From Camelus ferus (Eukaryota): a DNA stretch of 64,000 bases. The position numbers and the translations under genes were made by a program. The notes under the pieces are model-generated. The model had not been told where the DNA came from and did not search any database. It saw only the letters and a program-made list of their open reading frames with translations. Every line of letters begins with the position of its first letter. Position 1 is the stretch's first letter. The stretch is taken from contig NC_045707.1 of assembly GCF_009834535.1 (NCBI RefSeq), forward strand, positions 52,826,001 to 52,890,000. Direction: 5' to 3'. Positions 1 to 14,394 of this stretch are shown here, in pieces.

Positions 1-407
1 CAACCAGCACATCGCCTGGCCCACGAATGGAGTCCAGAAATATCCATTGGTCTGTTTTGATTCAAATTAAGCTTCATCGTTTCAGAATCTTAATTTTCTG
101 AGACAACTTTGGTGGTTAGAACCCCCAGGAAAGAACAAATTGAAGGCTTCCGGTAGTTGTAACGCAGCTTTACGTAGGTAAATTAAGGAAAAGGAAGGAC
201 TGCGCTATGTAATCGTGAAGGAGGAGTTCTGGCCGCACCCTTGGAGCCGTGACAGCGACTTAATGGCAGCAGCGCAGATGAGTGGCGGGTGGGACCATTT
301 TCTTCACTCCAGAGCCATACAGATGACTGCTCTGAACGTGACTGTTAAAAAAAAAAAAAAAGTCTCACGTTAACAATGCGTAACAGCTGCTGCTGGCCTC
401 CGGCTGA

Positions 408-734
<327 letters not shown>

Positions 735-2569
735 TAAGACTTCTGTGAGGACCCTCCCCACCAGGGTTGGTGTATCGATGGATTCTCAGCCAATGTGCAC
801 ACCGACATCATGGGGGGAGGCAGAGGGACACCCCAAAGTATCTATTTCTATTCTACCCCACTGGGATTTTATTTTAACTGTCTAAGATAGCGTCAAGGAC
901 CAGTGTTTGTTATAAGTCCCCTCGGTGAGTCAATGCCAAGAGCCACTGGCTCAGAAGAAGTGGACCTGCATCTGTATGACCGCTAAGGACCACTTTGAAC
1001 TTGAGGGTCCTGTTTACATTTTCAGTGGTTTTTTAAGTAAAGGTTTTCTTTCTTGCAGAAATCAACCCATCTGTAGGTAAAGATAAACTAAAGCACTAAG
1101 TCCCTTAGAGCGTGTCTCACTCAAAACTGGTAAAAAGAGCTTTTTAAGGGGCTTATCTCCCAGGATGCCTCTATCTGGAACACTTATTCAATCTCACCTT
1201 TAATGTGATTGTGCCCATTCATTACTTCTGAACCTTACGTTCCCAATGCTATGCCGCTTTCAAGAGCATTTCATGGAAATACAGCGCATTAACCCCACAT
1301 CCGGGGAGCCCTCTAATAGAGGCAGTTAGAGCAGATTAAAGAAGTTTACCTTTCAGTCGGCTGCGTTCCGTAAAGATGACCCAGGGTGATGCTCACAAGG
1401 CTGCTGTGACTTCCAATTAATAGAGATGATAATTGGATTATTTAATTTTTAAGAGTGCAGTCATGGTTCCTAGTGTATTCTGTACTCCACGGTTCACCCA
1501 TGATGTGAGTAAACACTCAAAGTGGCTGACAAAGGTGACTGTGTGCCTTTGAATAGAAGATAGCATTTATGTCACAACCAGAAAACAGGTCTGACCATTA
1601 GTGGATGGGTGGGTGGGTGGGAGGGTGTTATAGGAAAACAGACTAAAGGAAAAAAAAAGGTAAGCCTATTTTTTCTTGAATTAGATCTGCATTCTTGGTT
1701 GTTATTTCTGCCACCACAACATCTCAGTTAACACTATAAAACTGGCCCCATCAAAGTATGACTTTGAACAATTGCAACAGAAAAATCGGGGAAGGGACAC
1801 CACTCCCCTCTGGTCCTGTAACCACGACATTGAAGAAGTTGGGCGAGTGAAAATGGAGCTGTACTCAGGGCCATTTAAAGCTTCCGTGCAGTCTTTGGCA
1901 CCTGCTAGTGCACAACACACTAAAGAAGTCGTGCTTCTAAAGATAATCCTATGTTTCAAGTCCTTTTACCATGGAGTCCAAAACCCCTGAAAATTTCAGC
2001 CTTGTAATTGCACTTTTTACTCAATAAGAAGGAGCAGTCCTTGATCTGTCATGCCTGTTTCCAGTAAGTGGAATTCAGTGCAGGAAGGAATTTACCTGAG
2101 AGAAAAACAATGCGGAGGAAGCTCCAAAACAAGGCTTCATTGAGGGGGAGAATGTGTGTGTGCAGCTGAGGACCGAGCAGTGAAACACCAGGAGCCCTCC
2201 CACGTCTCCCAGGGTTCGGAGGCACACTCCACGCTTCGGCTTAAGAACACTTACTGTCTGTGATTCTGCACAATGTAATGCCACCGCAGCGGAGGAGAAA
2301 TGTAAATAAAACCTCTCCCATTCTGTGCAGGTCTTGTGGATAAGACTTAGTGTCACCAAAACCCGTGAGAAACCAGGACCAATGAGACAACTTCACTGGA
2401 CCAGTCCAGGGACCCCCCACCTAATTAGACCAACATCCCCGGTTAGACTATTAGCTGCCCCCGCGATTAGACTAATCCACGCGTCCTGAATTATTTTGAA
2501 AGCCGCCTGGTGAGTGGGGTGACCCAGGTGAAGACCGCTGGTGGTTGTGTTTGTTGTTTCTGCCCACAG

Positions 2570-2787
2570 ACTGGAACCAGACCAGCTACGGGACCAAGGA
2601 CCCCAAGGAGAACCAGCAGGCAGACATGATCCTGCCGATCGTCCTGAAGCACCTGTGCCCCGTGTACGTTTCTTACTTCGGCCTTGGGGCCGTCTCCGCC
2701 GCGGTCATGTCCTCAGCCGACTCGTCCATCCTGTCGGCAAGTTCCATGTTTGCCCGCAACATCTACCAGCTGTCGTTCCGACAAAAC
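2570..2787 (+). CDS. SLC5A7: SLC5A7 coding exon, equivalent to human exon 8
   Basis: Acceptor cccacag|AC after a pyrimidine/GT-rich tract, donor AAC|gtaagg. 218 nt, restores frame with the previous exon. Encodes WNQT...ADMILPIVL...[36 protein letters not shown] (SSS-family Na2-site motif SSADSS). Confidence 0.96.
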
Positions 2788-3694
2788 GTAAGGATGCCTC
2801 CCTGCGCATGGTGTACCTGTGCTCGCTGTCGTCTTCCTAATACCCCGCGTGAGAGTCTGACCCTGCCTCCATCAAACACGGCGGGTTAAACTGTGCCGCG
2901 CCGTACGCACACTGCGCACGGAGGCGTTCAGGGCGCTCCGTCAGTCGCACTAATACTGGAGGGCACTAGTCACTATGACCGTTTCCCAGGAGATACGGTC
3001 ACATTGCAGTCATTTAAACATCTTCTCTTCATAACAAATCGAATGATGAAACCTAAAATATCTTAGACAAACTTTGAGTTGAACTAAATACGATAAGAAA
3101 CCTGAGACCCCTGGTGGGGACAGAACGTGGTAAGTCTTGATTCCGTGGGTGCTGGTGTCACTCCTGCCCCCTCCCCGCCGGAGCCCAAGTCCATCTTGGT
3201 CAGAAAAGAGCCTCTCAATTTGATTTTCCTTATTGAAGCAGAGGGTGTGGAAGGCGCTCACCGAGGGGCCCACAGTCCCCTCCACCCTCTTCCCCGGCTC
3301 AGGCCGGCCTCTCCCTGGGCTTCCCGGGTCCCAGCCTACAAAGCGCTGCCACTTGTTTTTTAAGGTTGCCCTCCTCTGCGCAGAAGGCAGAGGGGCCACG
3401 CCTCCCCCGCCACATTAAAAACCATTCCTGAAGGTGGGAAGTAAGCTTGCTGGTTCCCCTATGATGACACAGGGCTCAGCCCACCCTGGGATGCAGCCAA
3501 GGGCAGGGTGGTCTCTGTTCCTGCACGTGTTCACTGAGACCCTCCCCAGCCCCCCGTGAGGCTTGCCTCATGTGCTTCACTGTGGCTGAGGCTGGGTCTG
3601 CCCATAGATCGAGCCAGGAGGACCCGGGGACTCTTAGAGCGGCTTTAAAGCACAGGAGGGCTTCTCAGTCTCTGCACGTCCCAAGAGAAACTGA

Positions 3695-4342
<648 letters not shown>

Positions 4343-7300
4343 TCGCCCATCCACATAAAACTCCGCTTTCTCAAACAGCACGCTCGCAGGCTAGTCCCGG
4401 AGGATGGTTTGCAGCATATAAAACATATATTTAAAAGCAATGCTCACGAGGACAAAGACCCATATCCTGGTGCAGATGCTCAAAGGCAAGACAGGCCAGA
4501 AGGAGGCCCCTCTGAAGCAGCAGCTCTCTCTCCAGACTTCTCATCCTCATTCAATTCTGACTCTAGTAGCTCTGTTCAGACGTGAATCAAGCCCCACTCA
4601 AAGAAGAGAGAGTCAGACAGACCGTTCACCTTTGTTATGGAACAAGGAAGTCGAAACGAGTGAACCAGAGGTGGGCAGTCCTGACCCGACTCTGTGCACT
4701 GACGCCCCGCGCGTCTGGTTTGAGCATCGCACTGAGGTCATGAGAGTCCGTCCCCATCACCCCACTGGACGGTGCAGTGAGTTACTCAGCTCACCTTCTC
4801 AAGGTGACGAGTGACTCCTTCTTTCACGTCTTAACTTTAACATTTGCTGAATATGCACTTTGTTTTCCTTTGAGTAGCGGTGTGTATTATCCTGAGCGCA
4901 GGCAAAGCAAACACCAAAAAATATCGCGGAGCGGCATTTCCTGACGTGTGAGGCAATCGGAGAGGACAGTCCATCATGGTAGAGGGTCCCTGGTTCCTTG
5001 GAGAGTGTCTGCAGCCACCACATGCCTTGGGAAAAGCACCCAGTGAGGAAGGCAGGGGCACTAGGGAACTTCAGAGCAATAAATCACAAAGGCCGTTAAG
5101 TAGAGAATGGAACTTCACCTTCATCTGAAGCTCATAAAGTTTTGCTTCAAAATAAAAGAAATAATGTTTTTAATAGCCATCTAAATTAGCACAGGAAGTG
5201 AAACTGAGCCAGCCATAAGGTGAGGTAGCTACCCACGGATGGTTAGTGAGAGACAGACAGACCACACCTGCTGCTAGTAAACTAGAAACACAAAACCACC
5301 CAATTTGGGATATTCATTCATGAGGATGATTTAATGTCAGGAGAGCTACTCGGTGGCACTTTTTTATGCATAAGCCAGTCTTCAGTCCTGGACACATCAC
5401 CACTCCAAATGATAAAGAGTGAATTTTAAAATGCAGAAGAAAGCAGAAAGTGAAAACAAGTCCTAATGGGAAGAAATCGTCCATTGTAGCATTTGACGTC
5501 TACATAACTTTCATGAGGTTGGTCATTATAGATTATTTTGCTCCTTTTCTGGAGTTACAGAAATATATGTGTATACATATACATAATGGTTTGTGTCCAT
5601 TTTAGAATTTTAAATGCTTTCTCACCAGGCGTATTATAGGAGCAACGGGCGCTGTGTCTACAAAAGCAGAATGAACTGACCTGATGAAAAATTATCCAAG
5701 TATCTGATCCAAAAAAGAAAGGCAGGCTGAATTATTCAAGCTGAAGCACTTTTTCCAAAAAAAAAAAAGAAAAATTCTTTTTTTGCCATTCGTAGACAAA
5801 CTGAAGTTAATTCAATATTTGATATTAAGTCTATAAGTTGTGTTTGAGAAGCTAGAATTCCTTTTTTTTCATTTCAATTGTCTAAAAGCATCAAATAATA
5901 ATCTCCCTTGTTACTGAACATACATTAAATGTACAGGGTAATGGTTTAAATATGAAATTAAGTAATTTTACATGTTGCAATGTCCCGCATTTTTAATGCG
6001 TTAGCCAAACGTGATGGTGACTATGACTTTGCATTCAGAATCTTTACCAAGCATCATCCATAACCTGAAGGAAAGAGAATTCTTGTTACTCACCTGTGTG
6101 ATCAGATTCTCCTCTATGCCCGGTACCCTATGGAGTCCTTGGAAAGGAGCATGGTTTTGGAACCAGTAAGTGTAGGAGTCCCAAGATTCTCAGGCATGGA
6201 TTGAGAGAAGAACCAGGGGCAGAAAATACATAAAAAAAAAAAAAAAAAAAACTACCAAGCTGGAAACATTTGACCCCTAAAGGTAATTAATGGATGGGGC
6301 CTGCAGCTCCCGGGAGACGTGCTGTTTCAGACTTGCCACGCTTCCCAGCGCACTGCCTGGGTAGTTCTTTTCACCCATCCGTCACCGTAAGTTTTTGTTT
6401 CAACTCCTTGAGGCACATGCTTCCAAAGAAACTCATCACCTGTGGTCAAGTAGACTGAAACAGGGCCACGTGGTCCCCACTGACACTATGCTTCACAGTT
6501 TTGTCAGGCAACAATTGTCCAAATGATCATATTTAAATCCAATGAAAAAGAATAAATACTAACAGTGAAAATTTCTTCTATTTCATTCATTTTGTAATAG
6601 TAGAAAGATAAAGGGGGAAAAGGTTTACCTTGTTGAAAATATTAAAAACTAGAAAACTTAAATAATTTAAGCTAATAAATAATGTTCTGTTTTTATTTAA
6701 CTCATTATTTCCTACCTACTCTCAAACTAGATATACAAAAGATTAGTTTCATGTAAAATACACCAGTGGATGGCTAGATATTGGCAGACAATTTTTTTTT
6801 CAAAAGGACAAAAAGGTTGAGGATCTAAAGGAATGGAACACTGGTCCCAAGGTCTTTGTTCGGGTTCACGCACAAATTTCCCCCACGTTCCAAGGGAGGA
6901 ACGAGGCTGTGGAACGTGGTGGAGGGTCTCCGTGCTCATCACTGGCTCTGTCTTGGCATCATAGGTAACAAGCAGCCTTGTAGTTGACATACTTCCCCAT
7001 TGGACCTAATTTTCAAAAAGCCCATCCTCCATGAAAAATAAAACAGAAACATCCCAACATAGGCTGTGTTAACCTTTGGAAGCAATACCTGTGGATAAAG
7101 CGTTAGAATAAAACAGGTTTGTTATTTTCAGAACATGTTACAAGTGTAACATGTTCCTTGTGTTGCTTTAATGTTGTTGTTTTTTGTGTGGGTTTTTTTT
7201 TTTTTTTTCCACATATACTCTTCAAAACATCCAGCTTGCAGCTGGACTGAAATGTCAGCAACAAGCTTTCCAACACTCAGCATTAAAATCCAACCTCATT

Positions 7301-7658
7301 GCTACACTTACAAGTAGTGAGTTTCGTGTGAGTATCAAATGAATGTAAGCTTGCAATCAGTGAATCTAATGTAATGGCCATTAGCTTTCTTTGTTTGGAA
7401 ATGACAAACTAGTGTTGTATTTTAAACATAAATGTGACTTTTTGTTTTTAGCCTTTAAGAAGATTTACTCTGGTATAATGTATAATTTATCATAAGTTTG
7501 CTACTGAAGAGAAAGATACACATAATAGTTCTAAACGTATATTTTTGTCTGTCAAAATATTATGTAAATTGTGCTTCAAATAAGTAGATTTGCAACTGTC
7601 CATGTAAATGTCTTAAATGTAATGGTATTATATTAAATTGTGCTGGTGCAATTCAGGA
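4343..7658 (+). other. SLC5A7: SLC5A7 3' UTR (end approximate)
   Basis: Follows the stop codon. Largely repeat-free and increasingly AU-rich. Ends near ATTAAA at 7632 with a downstream GU-rich tract. Confidence 0.6.
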
Positions 7659-7685
7659 TATGATTGTCTGGGTTTGGCTTTGGGG
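7632..7685 (+). terminator. Probable distal polyadenylation signal (ATTAAA) with GU-rich downstream element
   Basis: ATTAAA at 7632-7637, preceded by several TGTA elements and followed by tgattgtctgggtttggctttgggg. Proximal AATAAA hexamers also occur at 5078, 5151, 6551 and 7107. Confidence 0.55.
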
Positions 7686-7956
7686 GCCCTCTCTTAAAAG
7701 GAATATACATGATGCTTCAAGACAGTTAAGCACTGGAATTGAAATAAACCATCTCGTTACTGGAACAAAAGCAAATGCTCAGCGGAAATGTTGGACCTCC
7801 CATAAATCTTGGGGAAGTCTGATATGGTGTCTCAAAAAAAAAAAATGTGAATTACTTTTCTTGGAAAAGAAGTTCTTTCACTGTATACAGGCCTTTCTTT
7901 GAATCAAAGAAATCAATAGACATTATATCTACCCCATTAGTATCAAGAAGACACAC

Positions 7957-8057
7957 TTTTTTTTTTAATTGAAGTACAGTCAGTTACAATGTGTCAGTTT
8001 CTGGTGTGCAGCACCAGTCGTGCATATACATACATATATTCATTTTCATATAAGGTC
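7957..8057 (-). mobile_element. Very short 5'-truncated L1 3' end
   Basis: polyT-AATTGAAGTACAGTCAGTTACAATG...TTTCTGGTGT is the reverse complement of the L1 tail also seen at 60560-60605. Flanked by cactttttt on both sides. Confidence 0.75.
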
Positions 8058-10599
8058 CACTTTTTTAAAGCCACCGTAACTGTCTGGTAGCTGCTGGTTT
8101 GGAATATGCACCAGTCGTTAGGTGCGGGACAGGTTCGCTGTGCCAGGGGCTGACTTCATACCTCTTACCTCACTCTCTCAGGTGTCTTTCAAGTGTAATT
8201 ATATAAACTCTCAGAAGAACCTCGGCCCCTTACACCTTAGCCATGAGCATCGGTGCCCATGGAGTAGGGACCTAAATAAGCTCAAGGGTGAATGAAGAAG
8301 AGAGTAAGCAGTTATGGTGGGAAGTGTCACACCAGCTTGTCCGCCAGACGGACGCACTCCCAGAAGCAGGTGCCTTTGCTTTACCACAAATCCACACTCT
8401 AGGAGAACCATCGGGCACTAGGAAAGAGAGCTTTAGAACACGGCATTGGAGCCCGCTCCATTTTCACCAGTGCGTGGGGAGAGTTTAATATGACCAGCAG
8501 CCTTCTCCTAAGACAGATATTCTGAGAGACCCAGGAAGCTACAGGGTAATGATTAGTGATTATTTCTTCATTTGTAATACACTCATCTAAAGAAAAACTT
8601 CAAAACAGTGAAAACTGCCATCTCATATTACTTACATTCTCTAAAATCAAAGCGTATGTGGAAATTTTATGTCTGTTTTAGTTGGAAAGCTACGGTTACC
8701 TGTTTAAAAGAAGTACTGTATTGTGTGTGTTGAAGCCAAAATGTTGTGTTGGTTTTCTGAGGTTTGATCTAGAAGCAGTGAGAAACAGAAACTCGTTAGG
8801 ACCAAAGGCCTCGTGGTGAGTTAGAGGAGTGGGTTTTAATGAAAGGAAGATTGGAGACATCCCACCCCGAGCAGTGCTTTGAGGTGCAGCTGACGGGAGC
8901 CAGGGCACGAGGGCTCCAGGAGAGAGACTCCCGACTCCCGGCCCAGAGACGGGCGTCGCTGGAGAATTACTGAACCCCCTGGGTCTCTGTTTGATCTTCT
9001 TAAGGCTTCTGATTCAGAGCATCTTTAAAGTCTCCTGTATCTCCTAATTTGGAAACCTCGGGAGGGATGGCAGTGATACAGGGTGGGCAGCGCTCAGGAG
9101 TGAGCCCGCAGGGAAGATATGGGGCCTCAGGGGCAGCTCTGCCTCGGACTGAGGGTCCCAACAGCCACACATGGGGCCAAGCCTCCTGTTCCCAAGTGAC
9201 AATCATGGGTGCCTGTTAGTAGGCTGAAGTCATAGGACACACAAAAGGCCACAAGTGGAACACCCCTTAAAAATGTAAAGATACGGAAACTATACATAGA
9301 GCTCTCCAAATTGTGGGAAACTGTGACAGAGCGTATCCAGCTATTTGGGAAATCATTTTGACTTTGAAACTTGTCATGTTCAACTAGTTTTCAACATAGA
9401 TTCTAAATTAGGAGGGAGAAAGGAGAGTCACGTTTTAAAGTATTTTAAGCTAGAGATCAGATTTGTTTGTTTGGCTTTTCAAGGACCTAATTTGACAGGA
9501 TTTTAGTATTACTCTGAATGCATCTGAATTGTGGACCATGTGTGGATACAGGCTTAACCGGGAAGCTGCCCTCTATTCAGACTGGAATTTTCAGGCACTG
9601 CCACCTACCAAGAGTACTTTGTACTGAGAGTAAGGAACAGAACTTCTGCAAGCAGCTTGTAGGTTTGGAAAAGTCATTGAAAATTCTTTATTTGCTTTGT
9701 ATATTTCTGATCATCCCGCTAAAAAAGCATCACATGGTTCAAACAACTCTTCACAAAGTAATAAAAATGAGAAGAGGTTGAAAAAAGCAAATTTTGTTAT
9801 TTGAAAACCATCCAAAAGCTGGACTTAAAGCCCACAAATGTATGTGCATGGGTGGGAGTGGGAAACCGTGCTAATGGAAACCAATAAAAATTAACATGAA
9901 ACTTAAAAACATCAAGGTCAAGAAAACACTGCAAACCACATTACTCTATTTAGGTCAAAACGTCCCAGGCACAGATGGCCGAGGGCATAAAATGTAATCT
10001 ATGACTTAAGTGCAGGGAGCCGTCTGGGTCGAACCCATGCAAGGCCACCGCAGTCCCAGCCACGTTTGTCTGTGTTCACGGAGCTTGAAGACACACAATG
10101 GAGCCCACATCGTCTATTTTCTGTTGATCAACATTAAGTTGAAATTAGCCTTCAGAAAAAAATCTAACCTACATAGTCTTCCATTTTATAACAACTTCCT
10201 TTTCATGCTGCTTTAGTTTCCGTAGTAAAGTTTCTATTACATAATGCGATGCTTAGCAACTACTTCCCACATTTCATTTTGCAGAGAGAACTAGAGAATT
10301 TAAAGTGTAATATAAACGCAGATATCCGTCCATGGCCTCACACACATTTGATTCAGTCTCCTTTTTACACCTATTATGTACAAAACAATTCTGAGATCAC
10401 TGTTATTTAGAAAGATGGCTAAAAACAACTTAGTAAATGCTAAAACACTATGTTGCCAAAGATTTAAGTCTGAGTTTTTAAAAGTAAGAAAGACTTAAAT
10501 GTAACTTTTATTAGTAACTCATTTGCCATTGGCAAAGGAGTTATTTGAAATTATGGTTAAATAATTCTGCTTGTCTCCAAGTGTCTTAATATTGCTTAT

Positions 10600-12001
10600 G
10601 ATGGAGAAAAGACAGTCTCTTCAGTAAGTGGTGCTGGGAAAACAGGACAGCTACCTGTAAAAGACTGAGATTAGAACAATCTCTAAGACCCTATACAAAA
10701 AGAAACTCAAAGTGGATTAAAGACCTAAATGTAAGACTGGACACTATGAAATGCCTAGAGGAAAACATAGGCAGAACACTCTTTGATATAAATTGCAGCA
10801 ATATTTTTTTCAATCTGTCTCCAAGAGTAATGGAAAAAAAGCAAAAATAAACAAATGAGACCTAATTAAATTTAAAAGCTTTTGCACAGCAAAGGAAACC
10901 ATCCATAAAATGAAAATACAACCCACAGAATGGGAGAAAATATTTGCAAATGATGCAACCAACAAGGGATTAATTTCCAAAATATACAAATAGGTCATAC
11001 AGCTAAATATAAAAAAAAAAAAAGCCAACAATCTAATCAAGAAATGGTCAGAAGACCTAAATAGACATTTCTTCAAAGAAGACACACAGGTGGCCAACAG
11101 GCACATGAAAAGATGCTCAATATTGCTAATTATTAGAGAAAAAAATAAAAACTGCAATGAGATGTCACCTTATACTGGTCACGATGGTCATCATCAAAAA
11201 GTCTACAAATAATAAGTGCTGGAGAGGGTGTGGAGAAAGAGGAGCCCTCCTACACTGTTGGTGGGAATGTAAACTGGTGCAGCCACTATGAAAATAGACT
11301 TACCATTGATCCAGCAATCCCACTCCTGGCCATATATCCAGAAAAGATGAAAACTCTAATTCAAAAAGAATGCTTTGAATTAAAGTTTTATATTCTTTAA
11401 CTTCACTGAATTCATTGTTGAATTGATATACACCCCAATGTGCATAGGAGCACAATTTATAATAGCCAAGACATGGAAGCAACCCAAATGTCCATCAATA
11501 GATGACTGGATAAAGAAGATGTGATACATATATACAACGGAATATTACTAAGCCATGAAAGAGAATGAAATAATGCCATTTGCAGCAACATGGATGGACC
11601 TGGAGATGATCATACTAAGTGAACTAAGTCAGGCAGAGACAAATATCACGTGATATCACTTATTTGTAGAATCTTAAAAAATGATACAAATGTGCTTATT
11701 TAGAAAACAAATAGATTCAGAGACATAGAAAACAAACTTTCCCAAAAGGGAAAGGGTAGGGGGGGTTATAAATTAGGAGTTTGTGATTAACAGATACACA
11801 CTACTAAATACAGACTAGATAAACAACAAGGTCCTACTGTACAGCACAGGATACTATTTCAATAGCTTGTAATACCCTATAATGAAAAAGAATATATATA
11901 TATATATAACTGAATCACTTTGTTGTACACCTGAAACTAACATTGCAAATCAACTATACGTCCATTATAAATAAATAAAATAAATAAATAAATAAATAAA
12001 A
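10600..12001 (+). mobile_element. 5'-truncated L1 (ORF2 C-terminus, 3' UTR and (TAAA)n tail)
   Basis: Typical ORF2 3' sequence (AAAAGCTTTTGCACAGCAAAGGAAAC; GCAGCAACATGGATGGACCTGGAG), L1 3' UTR and A-rich tail. Confidence 0.92.
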
Positions 12002-14204
12002 CAATTATCTTGAGGAAACAGGACTGCATGGTCAATTATCATTTGACAAACAGAAGTTGCAAGTTTCTTTTTATTTCTACAGCCACTTTGGTTGTGACCA
12101 ATCTTCAGTCTTCTATTAAATTTCTACTCTATTAAAACCTCACTCTTCTGTTAGATGTATTTTGCTATAAAAATTATACACAAAAGCCTCTACTACTGTA
12201 ATCTCAACTGGAGAAACTGTGGAGATATGTAAGTACATGATAACTTCAATGTGTGTAACGAACCTGCTGTGTTTTCTTATCTTCTAAGGGGTGCAAAAAG
12301 GCAAAGCTGCGGGGATGAGCCTGTGATTATCTGTAAGTCTTGGACTGTCATTTTATGGGCAGTAAATCAAAATGTGCATTGTGACAATATGTTTCCTCCC
12401 ACAATGGTAATTCACCGAGAAATTGAAACATTAATCTAAAGAAGAGAACATGAGTGCCTGGCTGCTGCTGTGACCAGTTTTGCCGTTATATTAATATTGG
12501 GTGTATTTTTTGACACTTGACACATTCAAAAACATGTGAAGCAGTATTTCTGCTGAAACCCATACGCTTGTGGCTTTGTGAGGTTCTCAAACCCCTAGGA
12601 GCCCACCACAGCACTCAGAAGTGACCCTGGAGGAGGCAGGGGGTGTTAACACTGGGTTAAAACCCCCAAAGAGCCCCAGACTCTAACTTGCATTGGTCTA
12701 CATCTAAGCATTTCACTGAACTGCATCGCTTTGCAGTTTCTTGCATTTGATTTTTTCTGCTCACCCTGAAGTCAGCCAGCCCCAGGAAGAACGATCTGCC
12801 TGCACTGGACACGGGACCCACGGCCTCCGTGTCTGAGGCTTCACCCAGCAGACCTGGTGCAGGAGCAACAGTGAAGCACACGGCCAAGCCCACCCAGAAG
12901 TCGGCAAACCAAGCTTGACTGTTACGTTCTGAGCATGGATGACAAAGCCTCAGAGAGCTGTCCCTGGGGCCCTTGAAAGAGCAAGCCCTTAATAAGCTCA
13001 TCCCTGCCAGAGGCTGCACACCTGCCTGGGGACACACAAGTAAATGGCAGAGCCGTCACATGAACGGCTTTCTCTTCTGTGGAACTTGCTAGGACTGAGG
13101 CCAAAACCCCTGGTGGGCTGCCCGGGGGAGGCCGGGGAGCAGGACGGCACAGAACCAGGGCTGTGTGAGCCCAGAGCCGGAGCAGAGGCGGCAGGCTGCT
13201 AGGGGAAGGGGCCACCCCCCTGCTGGGATGCAACTGGAACTTAGTTCTTCCGGGGCAACAAAAGAAGGGTTCTCTTCACAAAGGGGTTTCTTCTGCAGGG
13301 CATATTGTTTAAAGGCAGTCTCCAGACACGCACACTCCAGAGGCAAGCTTCAGGTGAGTGTGAATGCCTATGCTGTGCAAACCTCAAGTCGCTTTCAAAA
13401 TGTGCAGGTGCTGGTCACCTTTCAGCACCTGTTAATTATCTCGGATACTTGCTGATCCCAGAGGTAATGGTATGAGAGGAAACAGACTTGGCAGTGTCAC
13501 TGTTGCTTCATTTTTGCTTCTGCAGACTACAACTAGTGTACAAACCACAGAGCAAAATTATGACACTTGTGTTGACATCAGGCTGTAAGAAATGAGATTT
13601 TCCCGGAGCTACCTGTGAAAAAATACGATGCACATCTCCACAGATAATGTGGAAGTTAATTATTTTGGAGATGTGGCTTCAGTTCATTTCAGTCTGCACA
13701 CTGTTTGCCAACTCCAAGTTGAAGGACAGTTCCCAGACAGATGGCAGGAAAGTCTGACATTTGGTAAAGCAATTTGGCCGTGCACTGTGTGAGTGCAAAG
13801 GCTGAGGCTAAAAAGTTGTGCCAAAGTTCTGGGCTGCTAAAAATCGGGAATATGGCTAGAACCGAGCGGAGTGAAAGTTCAAATGAAAGTGTGCGTTGGA
13901 GCGCCAGAGGAAGGCTGGGAGTCCAGTCCTGAGTGCGGGGGGCGCTGCAGAATGTTCCTTCTGTTACTGATTATCCAACAAGAAAGTGGAGGGTGAGAGG
14001 AAGGACTGGCATCAAAGAAAGGGAACGTCTCGAAGAGGAAGAGCAAGGTTGCAAAGCAGCCAGCTCTGCGGGTTCACAAGGAGGCTCCAATCCAGAAAAC
14101 CACAGACAATGTGGTGTCTTTAAAGGAGAACCAGGGACCAAAAGTTAAACAGAGGAAGCACTTTCTGAAGGTGTGAAGGATTCAGCAGATATGATGATTA
14201 AAAA

Positions 14205-14365
14205 CCACAACTAGCATTTATTAAGCACTTACCCTATGCCGGATTCTGGGCGTACACTCACATATTTTTTAACTTACTAAATACGCCCCTAACATCCCAT
14301 TGGATGAGACTCTGAGGGCCAGGGAGGAGGACGAAACCCCCGAGACCACACAGCCACACCTAAGG
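14205..14365 (-). mobile_element. MIR SINE remnant
   Basis: tagcatttattaagcacttaccctatgcc...cccattggatgagactctgagg resembles the reverse MIR core and tail. Confidence 0.55.
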
Positions 14366-14394
14366 ACGGGGTTTTAGGGCAACGGGAAGCTGCT

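Noticed and set aside
10810..11157. Hydrophobic 115-aa ORF
   Set aside because: Antisense translation of L1 ORF2, a common artefact.
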